Sequence record: OM337876.1
Reading direction: 5' to 3' (one strand)
Source: Klebsiella phage KP182
DNA length: 64,000 nt
Position 1 is the stretch's first letter; every line of letters begins with the position of its first letter. The notes under the pieces were generated by a model. That model was not told where the DNA came from and ran no database searches. It saw only the letters and a program-made list of their open reading frames with translations. Position numbers and translations under genes: made by a program. This document shows, in pieces, positions 56,127 to 64,000 of this stretch.

Positions 56127-57466
56127 TGGCCCAGAATAACTATAATCACTACAGTGATTTGGCCAAATATACGATATTTGACCCAGCAAATACGCAATGG
56201 CCAGTTGCTACAAAAGACGTCCAATCAGCGCTAGCGTTGATTGGAAGCTGGGCAAGAACTGACACTGGATTACCTGCAGCATCTCCAACCGTAGCAGGTA
56301 TAATTCGTACAGCTACACAGGCCGAAGTTGAAGCTGGAACTGTAGGTAATGCTGCTGTTACCCCAGCTACATTAAAATCCACAATTACTCGGCCTGAAGC
56401 AACTACCGCAATTCTTGGCTTAACCCGATACGCAACTAATACCGAAGCCGCAGCATTAACCGCAGCAAACAGAACTATTACAGCTGCTGCTCTTGGTCAT
56501 GTGTTTAAAACTGTAAAAGCCCAAGAAAACGTAGATGGAACTGTTAGGTTAACGACTGCAGCTCAAGCTCAAGCAGGAACTGATGAAACCACTGCAGTAA
56601 CTCCTAAGCGTGTTGTAGAAATGATTGGAAAGTTCAGCGTTAATCCTCCTACTTATACTTCTGCAACAGAAAGCAACTTGGGATTAGTTCGTGTCGCAAC
56701 TCAAGCCCAGGTAGCAGCAGGTGTTGTTCATGATGGATACGCAGTAACTCCAAAAACATTCATGGCGTCAAAAGCGTCTGACAGCGTATTTGGTATAGTA
56801 AAATTTGCTAAAGACTCAGATGTTACTACAGCAACAGCTAATAACCTGGCAGTTACTCCAAAAAGTTTGCAAGCGTTAAAATCAACCAAGGATAAATATG
56901 GATTAACCCGATTATCAGGTTCTCCAACATCAGATGCTTCACTTGCTGCAGCTGCGACTGATGCTGTTTTTAAAACCCGCAAAATAAACGGAAAAACTCT
57001 TGATAATGACATAACAATTACCAATAACGATATCAATTGCTATACACGCCCTGAGTCGGATGGAAGATATATGCCAGCTGGAACGCGTGTCGGTAATATT
57101 ACTTGGGTAGAAGGTGGAACTTATATTCCTGCTGGAAACTGGTTTGGGTGTAATTCTCCATATGAAGCCACTTCTAGATTGGCGCTGACTCTCACAATAA
57201 AATTCCAACGTAATAACGATGGCTATGACAATAGAATTTGGAGATTTAGAATAACTGTCAACGGGGAAAATAGAGGAGAACATACACTCAATATAGAGAA
57301 TACCAAGGGTGGTAGAAATGGTCATTCGTGGAGATTTGAAGGATATGCTACAGGCTCATATATTGTAAATGATGTTCCTCCTAATGCCAGAGTTCAAATT
57401 GAGCCATTTGAAAATATCCGTGGCGATAATTATTCAGCGTCATTAACGTTTTGCACCAACCGATAG
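56126..57466 (+). CDS. 12: short tail fiber protein gp12
   Basis: 446-aa ORF with repeated AVTPK/A-x-T-x-A motifs typical of gp12. It is shorter than T4 gp12 (527 aa). Confidence 0.85.
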   Translation: MAQNNYNHYSDLAKYTIFDPANTQWPVATKDVQSALALIGSWARTDTGLPAASPTVAGIIRTATQAEVEAGTVGNAAVTPATLKSTITRPEATTAILGLTRYATNTEAAALTAANRTITAAALGHVFKTVKAQENVDGTVRLTTAAQAQAGTDETTAVTPKRVVEMIGKFSVNPPTYTSATESNLGLVRVATQAQVAAGVVHDGYAVTPKTFMASKASDSVFGIVKFAKDSDVTTATANNLAVTPKSLQALKSTKDKYGLTRLSGSPTSDASLAAAATDAVFKTRKINGKTLDNDITITNNDINCYTRPESDGRYMPAGTRVGNITWVEGGTYIPAGNWFGCNSPYEATSRLALTLTIKFQRNNDGYDNRIWRFRITVNGENRGEHTLNIENTKGGRNGHSWRFEGYATGSYIVNDVPPNARVQIEPFENIRGDNYSASLTFCTNR

Positions 57467-57474
57467 GGAATTAT

Positions 57475-59241
57475 ATGACAAAATTAGTAGACTCGCTTCC
57501 GTTTGTTGACGGAATTCCGGAAGATTTTCAACAGAGAATTAACTGGATAAAAAATACAGAGCCTCTTAATGGGGCTTCAACCCGCTATGGAAATGATGGA
57601 GAACTGAATAGAGCCTCTGTGCAGATTCAGAAAAATGTGGTTCAAGTTCACAATGATTTGAGTAATGTTGGAACTGTTGTAGAAACTATTCAGGTGGATG
57701 TAGACCAAATCAAAAAGTCATTAGAAATCACAGGTTCTTCTGACGCTATTGAGCAGGTTTATATCAATAAAAAGAATATTGAAAAACATGATGGGCAAAT
57801 TCTTAAATTAGAAGAAGACACCACAAAGATTAGAACTGACCTCGATTTTCTTGAAGAGGATGTAGGTGTTTATGATTCTAGTAAAGATGACTATTACAGA
57901 ACTGTTCGCGATAATATAGTTTGGGTTAAACGGGAAATTGGGGCATATCCTGGCCAAGACATTAACGGACAGCCTAAGCAAGACGCTCCAGGTTCTGGTA
58001 TGAAATATCGAATCATCAATAACGCGTCAGCTATAGTAAAACATGATGAGCGTATTCAAGCGCTAGAGGACGCATATAATGATTCGGATGTTGGTTCATT
58101 GACTATTGAAGTAAATGACCTGCGTAAAGAAGTTGGTCCTAAATCCGGAGCCACTTCAGCTTCAATTTATGCAAGGCTCGTGAATAACGCTGATGCTATT
58201 TCCGCAGCTAACAATGAAATCTTTGCTATTAACCAAGCCATTGATTTTACCAATCCAGTAAAAATTGGAGCTCGCACTACTAGATTAGAAAACGATTATC
58301 GTATAGTTGACGCAACACTTAACTCTGCGCAGACCGGATTAGTTCCTCGTGTCAATAATATTGATGCTCGTTTAGGGTCTTCTGATAAGCCTGATACTAT
58401 TGAAGGAAAAATTAGTTCTCTTTCAACTGACCAAAGATACATTTCTGATGTCGTAGGTCAGGATACTTCATCAGGGCTTCAGGGCCAAGTAGCATGGATA
58501 AACCAACAGGTTGGTATTGTTCCTAGCGAGCAGCCGATTCCTCCTGGGTCAATTTTAGCGAGAATGACCAATGTTGAAGGTATGCAAAACTCTCAGCAGT
58601 CTGCTATTCAGGACATTCAAGTAGAACTTGGTAATAACAGTGAAGGCCTAAAGGGTTCTGTATTTACATTGCAGACTCAAATGAACGGTGATTTTTCATC
58701 AGAAAATCCGGTTCAGCGGGATGGTGTGTATGCTACTGTAGTAGAATTACAGGATAAATTTGTTACTGCAGTTACTGACGTAGAACAAGATGGAGCATAC
58801 CTCCGTAAACGGGGCGAATGGTTTAAAAAGCCTTCATCAATAGGTGAATTCAGTAAAGAAGATTTCACTGTTAATTTAAGTTCTGACGCATTGGTAAATC
58901 CTAACTCATTGGTCGCTGCTTCATTCAATGCTGGCATTCGTATTGTCGATGATATTATTGTCGATGACGATGGTGTATTTTGCGTAGAAACTGATACAGT
59001 TATCGAAGCTTCTGATTCAGATAAAGCCGTCCAAATTGTTATTCTCGTCAATAACATTGAGGTGTTTACTTATAGCCTAGGTGTTAAAGCAGTAACCGGC
59101 GAGCAACTGTTGAAAACCAAGAAACTTATTGAGTTTTCGTCTGGCGATGCAATCAAAATTGTGTATAGAGCTGCTTCAGAAGAATCAAAAGTTCCTGTTA
59201 GTATTAAATCATTGGATATTACTATTCATCCAGCAGTATAA
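57475..59241 (+). CDS. wac: fibritin (whisker antigen control) with C-terminal extension
   Basis: N-terminal DSLPFVDGIPE, RDNIVWVKREIGAYPGQDINGQP, SDVGSLTIEVNDLRKEVGPK and a foldon-like GAYLRKRGEWF, followed by about 110 extra residues. It starts at MTKLVDS. Confidence 0.85.
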   Translation: MTKLVDSLPFVDGIPEDFQQRINWIKNTEPLNGASTRYGNDGELNRASVQIQKNVVQVHNDLSNVGTVVETIQVDVDQIKKSLEITGSSDAIEQVYINKKNIEKHDGQILKLEEDTTKIRTDLDFLEEDVGVYDSSKDDYYRTVRDNIVWVKREIGAYPGQDINGQPKQDAPGSGMKYRIINNASAIVKHDERIQALEDAYNDSDVGSLTIEVNDLRKEVGPKSGATSASIYARLVNNADAISAANNEIFAINQAIDFTNPVKIGARTTRLENDYRIVDATLNSAQTGLVPRVNNIDARLGSSDKPDTIEGKISSLSTDQRYISDVVGQDTSSGLQGQVAWINQQVGIVPSEQPIPPGSILARMTNVEGMQNSQQSAIQDIQVELGNNSEGLKGSVFTLQTQMNGDFSSENPVQRDGVYATVVELQDKFVTAVTDVEQDGAYLRKRGEWFKKPSSIGEFSKEDFTVNLSSDALVNPNSLVAASFNAGIRIVDDIIVDDDGVFCVETDTVIEASDSDKAVQIVILVNNIEVFTYSLGVKAVTGEQLLKTKKLIEFSSGDAIKIVYRAASEESKVPVSIKSLDITIHPAV

Positions 59242-59243
59242 TG

Positions 59244-59268
59244 AAAGGGACCTTCGGGTCCCTTTTTC
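59244..59268 (+). terminator. UUCG-tetraloop terminator after wac
   Basis: GGGACC-TTCG-GGTCCC followed by TTTTT. Confidence 0.7.
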
Positions 59269-59269
59269 G

Positions 59270-59277
59270 TATAAATA
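59270..59277 (+). promoter_or_regulatory. T4 late promoter TATAAATA for gene 13
   Basis: Exact TATAAATA about 21 nt upstream of the gp13 ATG. Confidence 0.7.
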
Positions 59278-59297
59278 GAATATAAAGAGGAGCTTAT

Positions 59298-60239
59298 ATG
59301 TCATACAACACATACAACCCAAAAACGCTTAAAGACGCTATACTTCGACGTCTAGGAGCGCCGGTAATTAATGTCGAAGTAACTGAAGACCAAATTTATG
59401 ATTGTATTCAACGAGCATTAGAGTTGTATGGTGAATACCACTTTAACGGATTGAATAAAGGTTATCAAGTTTTTTATATTGGAAAAGACGAAGCTGACAA
59501 CGCAAGATTTTTAAACGGCGTGTTTGATTTGCGCGGCCGTAATGTATTTGCTGTCACCCAAATCGTTAGAACAAATGTAGGTTCATTAACTTCAATGGAT
59601 GGTAATGCTACCTATCCGTGGTTTACTGACTTTTTAATGGGAATGGCCGGAATTAATGGCGGAATGGGGTCAAGCTGTAATAAAAGTTATGGGCCAAATG
59701 CATTTGGTGCTGACCTTGGCTATTTTACTCAATTGATGACTTACTGGTCGATGATGCAAGATTTGCTTGCTCCTCTCCCGGATTATTGGTATAACTCTGA
59801 TAATGAAATGCTTAAAGTAATGGGCAACTTCATGAAGGGTGACATCATTGTCTGTGAATGCTGGACCAAATCATTTATGAATACAGATGTGATGGTAGGC
59901 AATACGGCAGGATACGGATTTGCCGGTCCGCAAACAGATGATAATTGGGGATTAGGAGATAGATACCAAAATCCTAGCCTTCGTAATAATGGTCAATATG
60001 CTGGTGAAGGTAATACAAATAGAGAAGGCGCATATAATAATCGTTGGGTAAAAGATTATGCTACAGCATTAACCAAAAAGCTGTGGGGTGAAATTCTTTT
60101 TAAACATCAGGGTCTGCAATTGGCCGGTGGAGTTACAGTTGATGGTCAAACACTTAAAGTAGAGGCCCAAGAAGAAATCGAGAGGCTCCGAGAGGAACTT
60201 GATTTACTTGACCCGGGTTGTCCTATTCTGTTGGGGTAA
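59298..60239 (+). CDS. 13: neck protein gp13
   Basis: 313-aa ORF ([43 protein letters not shown]) matching T4 gp13. Confidence 0.9.
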   Translation: MSYNTYNPKTLKDAILRRLGAPVINVEVTEDQIYDCIQRALELYGEYHFNGLNKGYQVFYIGKDEADNARFLNGVFDLRGRNVFAVTQIVRTNVGSLTSMDGNATYPWFTDFLMGMAGINGGMGSSCNKSYGPNAFGADLGYFTQLMTYWSMMQDLLAPLPDYWYNSDNEMLKVMGNFMKGDIIVCECWTKSFMNTDVMVGNTAGYGFAGPQTDDNWGLGDRYQNPSLRNNGQYAGEGNTNREGAYNNRWVKDYATALTKKLWGEILFKHQGLQLAGGVTVDGQTLKVEAQEEIERLREELDLLDPGCPILLG

Positions 60240-60242
60240 AAG

Positions 60243-61019
60243 ATGACTACATTTAATTCTAGGCTCTTCGCTAAACTCGAAGATTATCGAGGATATAATA
60301 AAACTAATGAGACTGAAATTCTCAATCCTTATGTGAATTTTTACAATCATAGAAATAGTCAAACGTTAGCAGATGCTTTATCGGCTGAGGCTATTCAAAT
60401 GAGAGGAATTGAGTTTTATTTCCTTCCTCGTGAATATAACAATCCTGATTTGCTTTTTGGAGAAGACCCATCAAGTAAATTCACCAAAGCTTGGAAATTT
60501 GCTGCTTATTTAGATTCATTTGAAGGATATTCTGGCGATAACACATTCTTTAGTAAATTTGGTATGATGGTTAATGATGAAGTCAATTTGACTATTAATC
60601 CCAACCTATTCAAGCATCAAACTAATAATTCTGAACCAAAAGCCGGTGACCTAATTTATTTTCCTATGGATAACTCATTATTCGAAATTAACTGGGTTCA
60701 GCCATACGATCCATTTTATCAGTTAGGTCAAAATGTTCAACGCAAGATTACTGCACAAAAATACATTTATTCTGGTGAGCAGCTTCAGCCAGAATTGCAA
60801 CGTAATGAAGGCATTAATATTCCTGAATTTTCTGAGCTTGATTTAGAACCAATCAAAAATATAGATGCTCTTGCTGATATTTCTGATGTGCAGTACGCAG
60901 AAAGCGACGCAATCAATAAAGAAGCTGCTGAATACGTTCATCCGTATTATGTTAATAACGGAAGAGGACTTGAGTCTCCTCCTAAAGCAGATTCGTTTGA
61001 TGACGGATTTTTCGAATAA
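60243..61019 (+). CDS. 14: neck protein gp14
   Basis: 258-aa ORF against T4 gp14 at 256 aa. Confidence 0.85.
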   Translation: MTTFNSRLFAKLEDYRGYNKTNETEILNPYVNFYNHRNSQTLADALSAEAIQMRGIEFYFLPREYNNPDLLFGEDPSSKFTKAWKFAAYLDSFEGYSGDNTFFSKFGMMVNDEVNLTINPNLFKHQTNNSEPKAGDLIYFPMDNSLFEINWVQPYDPFYQLGQNVQRKITAQKYIYSGEQLQPELQRNEGINIPEFSELDLEPIKNIDALADISDVQYAESDAINKEAAEYVHPYYVNNGRGLESPPKADSFDDGFFE

Positions 61020-61028
61020 ATAATCTAT

Positions 61029-61616
61029 ATGATATATGATAAAGTAGGAATATGGCTTGGTGATTTAGCGGATGAATATCTGTCGGTGGTCACCAAGCCA
61101 CCTAAGACTAAATACACCGAAAAGCATCATATTCTTCCTAAATCACTATTTCCTGAATATGAAACAGTTCCAGAGAATATTGTTTCTCTTGATATTTTAG
61201 ATCATTTAAATGCTCATGAAATACTAGCGAAAACAAAAGACCCTAAAATGATTATGGCTTTTTGGATTATGTTTAGTAGTTCAAAACGTAGGAAATTAGA
61301 TTTATCTAATGATGAATTGAAGATAAAATATGAAAAAGCTCGCATAGAAATGAAGCGAGTTAAATCCGAATGGGGAAAATCTAGAGTAGGTAAATTAAAT
61401 CCATTCTTTGGCAAACACCATGGAGAATATGCAAAAAGACGTGCTAGTGAAACCCATAAAGGAAAGAAACTTAGCAAAGAGCATGCCAAGTCATTTGGTC
61501 AAGCTCAAAAAGGTGTTCCAAAAAGAAAAGTGGAATGCCCTCACTGCCATCAAATGATTCCTTATAATTTAATTAATAGATGGCATAATGATAACTGTAA
61601 ATTTAAAGAAGATTAA
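61029..61616 (+). CDS. HNH homing endonuclease inserted between genes 14 and 15
   Basis: 195-aa ORF with TEKHHILPKSLF, HLNAHE and a NUMOD3-like GKHHGEYAKRRASETHKGKKLSKEH, plus a C-terminal Zn ribbon CPHCHQ...C. Confidence 0.75.
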   Translation: MIYDKVGIWLGDLADEYLSVVTKPPKTKYTEKHHILPKSLFPEYETVPENIVSLDILDHLNAHEILAKTKDPKMIMAFWIMFSSSKRRKLDLSNDELKIKYEKARIEMKRVKSEWGKSRVGKLNPFFGKHHGEYAKRRASETHKGKKLSKEHAKSFGQAQKGVPKRKVECPHCHQMIPYNLINRWHNDNCKFKED

Positions 61617-61628
61617 TGGGGGTGGTTT

Positions 61629-62449
61629 ATTTTTGGACATTGGTATAATTCGTCCTTACGCCGATACATTGTATTGCTTGGAGATTTATTTTCTCATGTA
61701 CAAATTGCTCGTTGGCGTGAAGACACTGGACTAAAATATATTAAAGTACCTATCACTTATGCTTCAAAGGAAAAGTTCCTTTCTCAGCTTGGAAAATGGA
61801 CTGCTATTCAGTCTACCGAGAATAAAGCAAAAATAGAAACTGTTTTGCCAAGAATGAATTTGCACTTGGTTGATATGCAATACAACGCGATGTATAAAAC
61901 ATCACAACTAAATAGAACCAAGTCATATAAAACTCCTTCAAAAATTACATCTCAATATAATCCTACTCCTATTAAGATGATTTTTGAATTAGGAATTTAT
62001 ACACGCAATCAAGATGATATGTATCAAATCATCGAGCAAATCGTTCCTTATTTTCAGCCTCACTTCAATACGACCATAACTGAGCTTTACGACAAAGACA
62101 CAAGTTTTAATCGTGATGTTAGAATTGTATTACAGTCATTTTCTCAGGATGAAGCTGTTGATGGAGACAATATCACTCGTCGTAGATTAGAATGGTCATT
62201 AATGTTTGAAGTCAATGGCTGGCTGTATCCGCCTGTAGCTGAAATTGACGGCGAAATTAGAACCATTTATTTAGATTTCTTCGCTAACAGCAAAGAGCTA
62301 ACTCCAGAAGGAAACTTTGAATCAGTAGATAGCGAAGTTACTCCACGAGATGTTCAGCAAGAAGACTGGGATGGCTCTAGTAAACAAACTTATTCTCACG
62401 ATATTCCTATTCCGGTAAATCCGGAGGCTCCTGGACCGAGAGGTGAAAA

Positions 62450-62453
<4 letters not shown>
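61629..62453 (+). CDS. 15: tail sheath stabilizer/completion protein gp15 (non-canonical start)
   Basis: The conserved N-terminus [13 protein letters not shown] (T4 MFGYFYNSSFRRY) is in frame but starts at ATT 61629, behind SD GGGGGTGG. The first canonical-like start is TTG 61674. Confidence 0.8.

Positions 62454-64000
<1,547 letters not shown>

Noticed and set aside
56126-57466. Repetitive amino-acid motifs in gp12 and the heptad periodicity in wac, considered as DNA tandem repeats or a CRISPR-like array
   Set aside because: They are protein-level structural repeats typical of fibre proteins. They have no spacer/repeat architecture and no cas genes, and no CRISPR array is present in the window.

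Overview
This window is a Tevenvirinae (T4-like) myovirus segment, collinear with phage T4 from gene 55 to the start of gene 17. Coordinates 1-41.9k run on the minus strand as early and middle genes; 42.7-64k run on the plus strand as the late baseplate, tail and terminase module.

Early/middle region (minus strand):
- Confidently identified by T4 protein identity: gp55 late sigma factor, nrdH-like, nrdG, an intronless nrdD, gp49 (endonuclease VII), nrdC, rI, tk, regB, a GrcA/YfiD-like glycyl-radical cofactor, two internal-protein paralogs carrying the MKTYxEF capsid-targeting leader, lysozyme e, nudE, a tRNA island, acb1 (57B), 57A, gp1, gp3, gp2 and gp4.
- Hypervariable accessory stretches lie between these genes: nrdC to tk, regB to the internal proteins, and e to the tRNAs.
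- There are many T4-type early promoters (GTTTAC, then 15-17 nt, then TGnTAnTAT) and UUCG-tetraloop terminators.

Late region (plus strand): gp53, 5, 5.1, 5.4, 6, 7, 8, 9, 10, 11, 12, wac, 13, 14, 15, 16 and 17 (truncated at the window end), with TATAAATA late promoters.

Differences from T4 and points worth a second look:
- Six free-standing homing-endonuclease genes: three paralogous HNH genes inserted between 4/53, 6/7 and 14/15, two HNH/NUMOD3 paralogs and one GIY-YIG segB-like gene in the tRNA island.
- The tRNA island holds 16 tRNAs (T4 has 8), two extended tRNA-like RNAs of 128 and 144 nt with perfect acceptor/T-arm ends (candidate species 1/2 RNAs) and two further elements closed by long-range stems.
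- An apparent anti-defence set: Acb1, a macro-domain protein, a NADAR-domain protein and a candidate Acb2-sized ORF.
- A PspA-like protein sits beside three small membrane proteins.
- Fibritin carries a C-terminal extension beyond the foldon.
- Gene 4 is split by a +1 frame change.
- Gene 15 lacks a canonical start codon.
- denV and ipI are not evident.
- No CRISPR array, integrase or rRNA was seen.
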